From positions 4,256,001-4,320,000 of the forward strand of contig OZ244042.1 in the NCBI GenBank assembly GCA_965215015.1: 64,000 bases of DNA. Direction: 5' to 3'. This DNA comes from Candidatus Poribacteria bacterium (GTDB lineage Bacteria > Poribacteria > WGA-4E > PCPOR2b). The notes under the pieces were generated by a model, which ran no database searches, had not been told where the DNA came from, and saw only the letters and a program-made list of their open reading frames with translations. Below are positions 51,232 through 59,764 of the stretch, piece after piece. Position 1 is the first letter of the stretch. Every line of letters starts with the position of its first letter. The position numbers were made by a program, and so were the translations under genes.

Positions 51232-51735
51232 TCAGTTGTTTTTAGCACCTTCATTGATCCAATCAATGATAAGTTGCATCTGGGCTTCCTCCAAAGGAGG
51301 CCCATTAGGGGGCATCTTGCCTTCAACAATCTGTTCCACCAACTCGCTCTCTTTTGCATCGCCTACAATAATGACCGCGCCATCTTCTCCACCCACTTTG
51401 AGGGTTTTATAGGTACGGAGATCTATACCGTCTGGTCCCCCAGCGACATGGCAGCCTACAAAGGCACATCGGTTCGTAAGGATAGGCAAGATATCTGCGT
51501 TAAAAGAGGGACTCGGTCTGCCGGCATCCGCGGGGTTGTCAAATATAACACCGAGACCATTGGCGACAGCCCTAAGTTCGTCATGGTCCTCATCGTGGTC
51601 GTCATGATCGTGGTCATCATCGTGATAGTCATCATCGTAGCCATGGTCGTCATACTCGTCACCACAACCGATCAACCCAACCGAAATCAGTAATGTAATT
51701 AAAAATAAAATTTTAGCAATATGTAATAGTTTCAA
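51232..51735 (-). CDS. His/Asp-rich lipoprotein with Planctomycete-type cytochrome c domain
   Basis: Lipobox LIGC; FNADILPIL..RCAFVGCH (CX4CH), MPP distal Met and WINEGA motifs. Confidence 0.8.
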   Translation of the reverse strand: MKLLHIAKILFLITLLISVGLIGCGDEYDDHGYDDDYHDDDHDHDDHDEDHDELRAVANGLGVIFDNPADAGRPSPSFNADILPILTNRCAFVGCHVAGGPDGIDLRTYKTLKVGGEDGAVIIVGDAKESELVEQIVEGKMPPNGPPLEEAQMQLIIDWINEGAKNN

Positions 51736-51749
51736 ACTTGAACCTCCTT

Positions 51750-51969
51750 AGGAGTTACGCTCTTGAGCTTGTCGTAACACTATTCAACGTAGCCGCCCGC
51801 GGGATCGGGCGTTGAGCGGCAGGTTCACCGGCGATGAATCGTCGAGGATACCATGACTTTAGCACATGAGAATACCAGACACCGTTCGCCACACGATTGG
51901 CTCAATCCGCCCGGAACATTGCGCGCCCTTTTCTGGTATTGGCTTCGAGGGTTCAACCGCGTAAGTCCT
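51750..51969. mobile_element. MITE-like element, family 1, copy C, with 8-bp target-site duplication
   Basis: Ends AGGAGTTACGC...GCGTAAGTCCT, flanked by ACCTCCTT at 51742-51749 and 51970-51977. Confidence 0.85.
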
Positions 51970-52089
51970 ACCTCCTTTAAGTGCTCGTATATCAATTATT
52001 GTGAATTCGCCGTTTTGAATATCCATATTCCCCTTTACAGGGGTTAGGCAATACCAATCAATCCAGTTAAGGTAGCGAACATAATGACC

Positions 52090-52581
52090 TTAATGATGGT
52101 CGCTTTCCTCCACTTCTTTGATTGGGAGCACGGAATTGCTTTCCGATCGAATTTCTGAATGACGTATCTTCCCTCCCAAATCTGCTGTCCATGCCATCAA
52201 TCCACAGACGACGATTGAAAGTATCAAACCTGCGATAACAAATCTTTTTGGAATCGTATCGGCGAGCCGATAATGCCACAGTACCCCTAGGGCGGCAACG
52301 CCTAAGATACCAACAGCAATAAAGGCAACCAATGCAGATTCTTCATGTTCCTCAATAATTGGTTCCTCCACACCGGGCAAATGCTCAACGATTTCTTCCG
52401 CAGGTTCACCGGTGAAATAAACCGGCACGGTCGCCACGGCAATAATGACGAAAATGCCGAGACTCACGCGCTTTATTGCTTCATTTTTCTTTACCATGCC
52501 AAAAACCAGCAATAAAGTACCAAACACTGTGCCTAAAACCGGGATGTGATTAATCAAAAGATGTAGATGCGCCCAATTCAT
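52090..52581 (-). CDS. DUF2231-like membrane protein
   Basis: HLLINHIP, TGEPAEE, EEHEE and GGKIRH motifs; 4 TM segments. Confidence 0.75.
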   Translation of the reverse strand: MNWAHLHLLINHIPVLGTVFGTLLLVFGMVKKNEAIKRVSLGIFVIIAVATVPVYFTGEPAEEIVEHLPGVEEPIIEEHEESALVAFIAVGILGVAALGVLWHYRLADTIPKRFVIAGLILSIVVCGLMAWTADLGGKIRHSEIRSESNSVLPIKEVEESDHH

Positions 52582-52761
52582 GAGATTTACCTCCCAAGTT
52601 AGATTTGATAGGAGGGCAAATGCCCCTCAATGAAAACTCCATTTCAATATCAATTGTGTTCGATCTGACTAGGATATGTAATAATTCTTGATCGGAATGT
52701 AATTGAGGGACAGATAGGTGTGTGCAAAACTCATTGAAGCAATCTTCTCAACTTCGGATAA

Positions 52762-55080
52762 TTAGAATCGGCTATCGAGGCTGACAATCAGGTTGAACCC
52801 CGGTGCGTTGATGCCGGAGCCGTGCTCACGATACCGTTTATCAAGCAGGTTCTCAAGCGCGAGGGTGAGTCGGTTATACTGAGTCACCTGGAAACCGCCG
52901 CGTAGGTTAAGCGTCATCCAACCCGGTGAGCCCTGCCCAATCGCTGCACCGTTGGAATCAAATTCGACTTCGCCTGTATCACGGGTAGTTCCTGGAATCC
53001 GTGGATCCCGGATATCGCTCCGATTTAACCGTCTCTGCTCAGTTGCACCACGGACGAAGAATTCCGCCCAAAATCGCTGAGCAGGTGGCTCCCAACGAAT
53101 ACCGACCATGCCGTTGAGGGGTGGTTCGCGACGAATCCGTTCCTCCCACGGCTTGTCGGGATCGGGTGCTGCGCCGTTGATGACCAGTACCTTTCCACGC
53201 GTGAACATCGCATTACCGTAGAGTGATAAACCGCTTTGAATCGGAATCGGAACCATCCCAGCAAACTCAACACCTTGGATTTGCACTTCATCCACATTGT
53301 CGAAGACATAGACATCAACCCCCGGATTATTTTGCTGGATTTCCTGAATCAGGCTTGGCAGCGACTGCCCAGCGTAAGCATCTTCGACCGGAACACGGGT
53401 GACCAGATCGCTGACGCGACCATGAAAAAGGGTCAGTGAACCGATAAACTGCGGATAACGCGCCTTGAACCCGCCCTCCGCTGTCCATCCTCTCTCCGAT
53501 TTGAGGTCGGGCGAAGGAGAATCAATCCCTTCATTGGTAACCTCAACGGCAGTCGTATCGTTCAAGGAAGGCGCACGAAAAGATGTGGCGAAATTGCCGA
53601 CAACGTTCAACCCGTTGGTAACGCTTGCGACTAAACCTGTGCTGTAGGTCAAAGCACTGCCAGATTCGTTAAAATCGCCAAACTGATCGGAGCGCACTGA
53701 GAGGTCTGCATTCGTATTGTAAAGTGTAAATCGCCCACCGAGCGTCAGCTCGAGGCGTTCGTGTAGTTCGATTTCGTCCTGAACGTAGAGATTCGCGTCC
53801 CAGAATTGCGAGCCGTCAATAAATCTGCCTTTTGTGTCGTCTACCTTTTCAGTGCGAGTCGTGATGTCGGTTTTAATTGTTTGGCTCGAAAGGGTATCGA
53901 GATAGAATTCACCACCTGCGACGACACGCTGCCTCGGCAGAGATGAATTCACCGCCTGTGCGCTGAACCCTAATGTGTTGACGGTATCGAACCGTTCCCG
54001 ACGTTCTGTTGCATCGCGTTGGATTTCATTTCGCCCTTCCTTCTGACGATGAAATGAAGTGGTGAATTGGAGTTGATCAATCGCTAAGTTTTCCGGTTTG
54101 GAGAGGTAGGTAGCGTAGAATAAATCTCGGTCTTGCGGTTGAAAGAAAAACTCATCATAGTCACGCGGTGCAATCTTGTCATAGCGCGGGGTTTGCGGTT
54201 GTCGCCAGAGTTGGTAAGCAAGGTTGACTGTACTAGTATCTGTGAGTTTGTAAGAGAGTTTGGCGTCGCCATCGTAGGCGTTCCATCCGAGGGGGGCTTC
54301 GGAATCGATTAGCCAGCGGTCGGGAAGATCTTTAGGGGGACCATCAGAGACTTCTACCCCCTCTGGCTTGTCAGTGACAATCTCAAATTTACGGTTCGCG
54401 TAGTGTAGGTCGTAACCGTTGCCCGGATTGATGTTACCGAACCATCGCGCGGACGCGCCGACCGAAAATCCGAGTTGTTTTTGACTTCCGACCACCTCAA
54501 GTCGTCCGAGCCGTTCTGAACTCCCCGAAGCGAATCGGGTGAAGGCACGAGATTGAATATTCCACTTTTCTGTTGCGTTATCGAGAATGGTGTCCTTAGT
54601 GAACATGCTGATGACTCCTCCCATTGCACCACTACCGTATAACATCGATCCCGCCCCGCGTAACACTTCAACCCGGTCAAGGCTGGCTGGACTGATTGTC
54701 GCCAAATACTGATTGGGACCGGAGCGGAAGGTAGAGTTGTTGAGTCGGACACCATCAATTGCAAGAAAGGCTTGATAGCCGGTAAGTCCACGCAGCAGGG
54801 GTGAACCTTGTCCAACTGTTGTTTGCTGTGCCCAGACACCCTCTGTTTCACGCAGGATTCGGGGTGTCGTTGGGGCATTCATACGCTCGATTTGCTCTCG
54901 GTTGATGATGGATACCGCGTTTGGCGTGCGAAAGGTATCTTTCTCGACGCGGGTTATGACGGTAACTTCCCCCAGTTCAACAATCGAGGATTCTGTCCCA
55001 TCTCCTTGGGAATAAGCGAGGTTAATGCTCATAAGAAAAACACTCAAACATATCCATAGTTGTTTTCGTCGAACTTTCAT
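52762..55080 (-). CDS. TonB-dependent outer-membrane receptor
   Basis: Plug domain (GQGSPLLRG, RVEVLRGAGSMLYGSGAMGGVI), FRAP, ENLLDKRY and terminal F; GGAGG before the ATG at 55080. Confidence 0.95.
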   Translation of the reverse strand: MKVRRKQLWICLSVFLMSINLAYSQGDGTESSIVELGEVTVITRVEKDTFRTPNAVSIINREQIERMNAPTTPRILRETEGVWAQQTTVGQGSPLLRGLTGYQAFLAIDGVRLNNSTFRSGPNQYLATISPASLDRVEVLRGAGSMLYGSGAMGGVISMFTKDTILDNATEKWNIQSRAFTRFASGSSERLGRLEVVGSQKQLGFSVGASARWFGNINPGNGYDLHYANRKFEIVTDKPEGVEVSDGPPKDLPDRWLIDSEAPLGWNAYDGDAKLSYKLTDTSTVNLAYQLWRQPQTPRYDKIAPRDYDEFFFQPQDRDLFYATYLSKPENLAIDQLQFTTSFHRQKEGRNEIQRDATERRERFDTVNTLGFSAQAVNSSLPRQRVVAGGEFYLDTLSSQTIKTDITTRTEKVDDTKGRFIDGSQFWDANLYVQDEIELHERLELTLGGRFTLYNTNADLSVRSDQFGDFNESGSALTYSTGLVASVTNGLNVVGNFATSFRAPSLNDTTAVEVTNEGIDSPSPDLKSERGWTAEGGFKARYPQFIGSLTLFHGRVSDLVTRVPVEDAYAGQSLPSLIQEIQQNNPGVDVYVFDNVDEVQIQGVEFAGMVPIPIQSGLSLYGNAMFTRGKVLVINGAAPDPDKPWEERIRREPPLNGMVGIRWEPPAQRFWAEFFVRGATEQRRLNRSDIRDPRIPGTTRDTGEVEFDSNGAAIGQGSPGWMTLNLRGGFQVTQYNRLTLALENLLDKRYREHGSGINAPGFNLIVSLDSRF

Positions 55081-55245
55081 AAGGTTCCTCCTATTTTGAA
55101 TAACTCTTAGATTATTGAATTTCTGGGCCCATGTGCTGGCTAAGGGAGCAATTTTTGCGCCAAAGGCATTTAGGTGAGAGTTTACGTCTATATGATGCGA
55201 ATCCCTGACCGATTTTGTCCAACGGGAAGTCCCTCGTTGTTCAAC

Positions 55246-55287
55246 TTCTGAACGGTTGTGTTTACCTTTTGAACAGTTGTGTTTACC
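55246..55287. repeat. 21-bp tandem direct repeat between divergent genes
   Basis: TTCTGAACGGTTGTGTTTACC / TTTTGAACAGTTGTGTTTACC (19/21 identical). Confidence 0.8.
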
Positions 55288-55488
55288 ATAGAAGTGCAAG
55301 TCAATTGGAGTTATAATGACAAAGGTTATAAGTTACTATTAATTTCTTTGCGTTTCCGAAAAAATAATACGTAAGCCGTAATGCGTTAAAACCGTGTCTG
55401 CGATACCAAATTAAGTTGACAGACTTCCCAACTTGATGGCACAATAACTACAAAACCATTTTTAGGTGAAAGGAAGGCTGTAAAAATA

Positions 55489-58400
55489 ATGAAGCGAGCA
55501 GGTCTGCACAGGGTGCCAACCGTTGTATGTAACCTGTTGTTGCTACTACTCTTTATAGTAGGGGGTTGCACGACGTTGGCTCCTGATAATCCCAATGTGC
55601 CGTTGGGGGATTTCCATTCAGATTCGCGCCCTGAAAAGACGTGGCGGGTGGAACCGAGGCTCGTTAGTAACGAGGTAAACTGTATTGCTGCTGACACGCA
55701 CAATGTATGGTTTGCAACGCAAGCCGGTGTTTCGCGTTGGGATCGAGACCAAGACCGGTGGCTCCACTATACGATGGAAGACGGGTTGTCCAACGATGCG
55801 GTAAACGCTGTCGCAATCGATGGACAATGGGTCTGGTTCGCCACGGAGGAAGGGGTAAGCCGCTATGACAGGCAGACGAACACCTTTTCGACTTACCGCA
55901 CCATTGATGGGTTAGCGAGTGATCGGGTGTCGTCCATTGCAGTGGACGGGAACTATGTTTGGTTTGGAACATCTGACGGATTAAACCGTTATGACAAAAC
56001 CATTGACAGTTGGGCGGTGCGTACCCGTAAGGATGGTCTAGTCAGCAAGGTAATTACAACAATTGCGGTCGAACCGGAGTATGTGTGGGTCGGTACCGAT
56101 AGGGAGATAAATCCGGATCCCCATGGCTGGGAGGATGACCCTCGGTTTAGTAAAGGTGGGGTAAGTCGATATCATCGGGACACCGATTCTTGGAATAACT
56201 ATAAAAAATCGGATGGCTTGATAGACAACGAAATCGCTACTATTGCAGTAGACGAGAATAGTGTTTGGTTTGGAACACAGGATGAGGGTGTTAGTCAATA
56301 CAATCAAGTTGACCAAGCCTTCATCAAGACGTTTACGAAAACTGATCTGCTCAAAAGCAATATGATCACCTCTATCCGCGCGGATGGATTCCAAGTATGG
56401 TTCGGTACTGCTAATGCCGGTGTGCATCGTTTCATCAAGCCGGTCAATACTTGGGTGAATTATACTAAAGCGGACGGACTGGCAAGCAATCATGTAAGTT
56501 GGATTACGACACAAGGCAATGATGTCTGGTTTGCGAGCAAAGAGGATGGAGTGAGCCGCTTTGACAAGCTAACCGGTGAGTGGACGCTCTACAAACAAGC
56601 CGATTTTCTCGCGGATAACGATGTCAGGGGGATAACGCGTGATGTGGATGGCAACCTCTGGCTAGCGACCGTATCGGGAATTTCAATTTACAACCCCTCC
56701 ACGCGCAGCTGGGAAAGCGTCTCTACAGAAGATGGGCTGCCGACCCCCTATGTGACAACAATAGATGTTGTGTCTCCATCGCCTGAATCGGAGCAAAGCG
56801 ACGTGATCGAAATTTCGACCGGCGGCATGACCAGCGCGCAGGTCTGGATCGGTACAGACCGAGGGCTTGGCACACGACCGCGCTTGGGGGGCGAGTGGGC
56901 GTTTTATTCTCCTCCCCGATCGCAAACCCAAGGAGAGGCTTTTGTGACAGCACTCGCTGCCGATGGGGATATACTCTGGCTCGGCACCAGTTTGGGCCCC
57001 GCCATGTATAACAGGACTTCTCAAGAGTGGACACAACTTGAGACGCCGGAAACTCACTCAAATACACTGGTGTCGTCTGTCCTTGTTCGCGATGGGTTGG
57101 TCTGGTTCGGTGGTGCGGAGGGGGTTTGGCGGTATTCAATTACAGATAAAAAGATGTATCATGCTGCCGAAGGGCTTCCTGACACCTACGTTAATGTGCT
57201 GCTTTCCGTTGAGGACACCTTTTGGGCAGGGACGCGCCAAGGACTTGCACGATATGACGCTGCTCAGGGGCGTTGGATAGCGATGCCGTTTAACGGCCAG
57301 TTGCCTGTTTCCAATGTTACCGCGCTTGATTTCCGAGCCGGGATTCTCTGGATAGGTACGCCACAGGGACTGGGAAGCTATAGGATTGCTTCTGATGCTT
57401 GGAGCCTTATCCCAAATGTGTCGTATAACGTTCGCGACATCTTGGGTGGTGGGGCCGAAACACTTTGGTTAGCAACATCGGTCGGTCTTGTCGAATATCA
57501 CACTTCAGATGGAAGGAGAGTGCTACATCAATCGCGTCCGGTGCGGGAACCGGGTCTTGAAACAAAGGTCTCAAATATCAAATTTGATGGGAATTACATC
57601 TGGTTCAATAACTGGGCTTCTTCACCAAACGGTGGGATTTTACGGTTTCATCGTCCCACGGGAACGTGGCAGCGTTTTACGCGCTTAGATATTCTCCAGT
57701 CTACTCAGAAAAAGGCGATGACCACAGTACGTTGGAGCTATGTGGATACAGACGCAGTCTGGTTTACCACAGACTATGGGGTTCTCCGGTACGATAAAAT
57801 GGCGGATACGTGGCAACATTTTACGATAGAAAATGGTCTCTCTACGAACGATGCGGACAAGATTGCTGTGAGTCAATACAGTGTCTGGGTGATCCCAATG
57901 ATCGGTGTCGAATTGAGCCATTATAGTAAAAAGACTGAAAAATGGAATGTGATTGCTCCCGGCAAAGAGATACAGATTGAACGATTGAACGCGTTAGCAG
58001 TTGATGGACCGGAGGTCTGGTTTGGTTCGGGTCGTGGACTGCACCGTTACAATGAATTTACCGGTGAATGGAGTGATTTCACGCCGAGAGATGGACTGGC
58101 GGGCAGGGGTGCCGAGTGGATTACCGCAGATGAGGATTTCATCTGGGTGGCACGCTCCGAGTGGGACAGGGACAGTAACCGTCCATTGTCACGATATAAT
58201 AAAAAGACGAAGAAGTGGGACACATTTTCAACGAGTGACGTGCTTGCCTCAAATACCATTAGACGAATTATTGCCACAAAGGATGATGTGTGGATACTCT
58301 ACAGACCTTGGAATAAGAAGGGGGTCACACGATACGATAGGCGCACCGGAGAGTGGACAACGATTAAGTCGGGGCAGGGGACGCTTGAGCTCGCTACGGA

Positions 58401-59637
58401 CGACGATTACCTCTGGTTAGCCGTACCTAACAATGGGCTCAGGCGATTTCACTTTGCATCAGGTACTTGGACGGTGTTTAAAGATCTCAAAGGGATGCTG
58501 CATAACCATGTGGATGAGTATGGGCTTGCTGTTGATGAAAAATATGTATGGGTCGGGACGTTGCGCGGGCTTGCTCGTTATGACAAGCAGAAGGAAGCGT
58601 GGACTTCCTTCACAGCGAGGCCAACCCTTTCTGGACGTACTATCCGGACGGTGGATACGGATGAGCGTTTCGTCTGGGTCGGCACCGATAATGGTTTGTC
58701 TCGTTATGATAAAGAATTGGGTACCTGGAAGCAGTATCAACAGGAGGGTGGTTCCGAGGAGATAGCCACCCACGGTGGCCATTGGCACCGATGGAGGCCC
58801 AAGAGGCGAGACACACTTTCTGATAATTCGGTCAGTTCAATCGTGGTTGATGATCAGTACGTCTGGGTCGGCACCCGAGATGGGGCGAACCGGTTTGATA
58901 AACTCGCCCTGCGCTGGGATCAGTACAAAACCGAGCATGGGTTGCCTGCCAATAATGTGACTTCTGTCAGCAACGATGGCAATAACATTTGGGTTGGCAC
59001 CAACTCCGGGATTGGCAAATATCCCCGAACCGCGGATGACCTCAACGCTTGGATCGCTTACACTTCCGGCACAGAGATTCAGCCGGCATCTGTCTCCAAG
59101 GAGTTTGCAGAGTCGTTGGTTACGGATGAGATCTGGTGTATCGCTAGCAGTAAGAAAAATGTTTGGGTTGGCACGCGACGCGGGGTGAGCAAATACGACA
59201 TCGGTAAGGATACGTGGAAGACTATCACAGCAGAAGATGGTTTAGCGAGCGATGAGATTAGTTGTATCGCCATTGACGGGGAGCGGGTCTGGTTTGGAAC
59301 CGATCGAGGGGTGACCGTCTACAATGATGAGACAGAGGTTTGGACTTCCTATACACAACGAGATGGCCTTGCTAGTAACAAGGTGACCTCGATTGATGTT
59401 GATGGCACAGAGGTGTGGATCGGGACATACAATGCAGGGGTGAGTCGTTTTGACCCGTCATCGAATAGCTGGTTGAGGTACACCCGAGAGGATGGCTTGG
59501 CGCATAACGGTATCCTCTCTATATCAATAGGAGATAGTTACGTGTGGTTCGGGACCTATCGTGGCTTAAGCCGTTTTGATAAATACACAGGAATCTGGAC
59601 AACCTTCACAGAGTCCTACGGCCCCGAGGATCTTTGA
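55489..59637 (+). CDS. Giant beta-propeller-repeat lipoprotein (Reg_prop-like blades)
   Basis: Lipobox IVGGC; many DGL...V..IA.DG..VWFGT..G.SRYD....W repeats over 1382 aa. Confidence 0.88.
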   Translation: MKRAGLHRVPTVVCNLLLLLLFIVGGCTTLAPDNPNVPLGDFHSDSRPEKTWRVEPRLVSNEVNCIAADTHNVWFATQAGVSRWDRDQDRWLHYTMEDGLSNDAVNAVAIDGQWVWFATEEGVSRYDRQTNTFSTYRTIDGLASDRVSSIAVDGNYVWFGTSDGLNRYDKTIDSWAVRTRKDGLVSKVITTIAVEPEYVWVGTDREINPDPHGWEDDPRFSKGGVSRYHRDTDSWNNYKKSDGLIDNEIATIAVDENSVWFGTQDEGVSQYNQVDQAFIKTFTKTDLLKSNMITSIRADGFQVWFGTANAGVHRFIKPVNTWVNYTKADGLASNHVSWITTQGNDVWFASKEDGVSRFDKLTGEWTLYKQADFLADNDVRGITRDVDGNLWLATVSGISIYNPSTRSWESVSTEDGLPTPYVTTIDVVSPSPESEQSDVIEISTGGMTSAQVWIGTDRGLGTRPRLGGEWAFYSPPRSQTQGEAFVTALAADGDILWLGTSLGPAMYNRTSQEWTQLETPETHSNTLVSSVLVRDGLVWFGGAEGVWRYSITDKKMYHAAEGLPDTYVNVLLSVEDTFWAGTRQGLARYDAAQGRWIAMPFNGQLPVSNVTALDFRAGILWIGTPQGLGSYRIASDAWSLIPNVSYNVRDILGGGAETLWLATSVGLVEYHTSDGRRVLHQSRPVREPGLETKVSNIKFDGNYIWFNNWASSPNGGILRFHRPTGTWQRFTRLDILQSTQKKAMTTVRWSYVDTDAVWFTTDYGVLRYDKMADTWQHFTIENGLSTNDADKIAVSQYSVWVIPMIGVELSHYSKKTEKWNVIAPGKEIQIERLNALAVDGPEVWFGSGRGLHRYNEFTGEWSDFTPRDGLAGRGAEWITADEDFIWVARSEWDRDSNRPLSRYNKKTKKWDTFSTSDVLASNTIRRIIATKDDVWILYRPWNKKGVTRYDRRTGEWTTIKSGQGTLELATDDDYLWLAVPNNGLRRFHFASGTWTVFKDLKGMLHNHVDEYGLAVDEKYVWVGTLRGLARYDKQKEAWTSFTARPTLSGRTIRTVDTDERFVWVGTDNGLSRYDKELGTWKQYQQEGGSEEIATHGGHWHRWRPKRRDTLSDNSVSSIVVDDQYVWVGTRDGANRFDKLALRWDQYKTEHGLPANNVTSVSNDGNNIWVGTNSGIGKYPRTADDLNAWIAYTSGTEIQPASVSKEFAESLVTDEIWCIASSKKNVWVGTRRGVSKYDIGKDTWKTITAEDGLASDEISCIAIDGERVWFGTDRGVTVYNDETEVWTSYTQRDGLASNKVTSIDVDGTEVWIGTYNAGVSRFDPSSNSWLRYTREDGLAHNGILSISIGDSYVWFGTYRGLSRFDKYTGIWTTFTESYGPEDL

Positions 59638-59764
59638 AGTGAAAAAATCGAGAGCTGTGCTTATGGGTATTTGATTTATCTTTTACGATTACAGGCAGGA
59701 GGGCCTTCTTCTCAACAACTTACTTCATGCAAACTCTCTGTAAGCTAAAGGAGAATTCATCCGA

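Noticed and set aside
55081-55488. Cobalamin or other riboswitch before the TonB receptor
   Set aside because: No B12-box or other conserved aptamer motifs seen.
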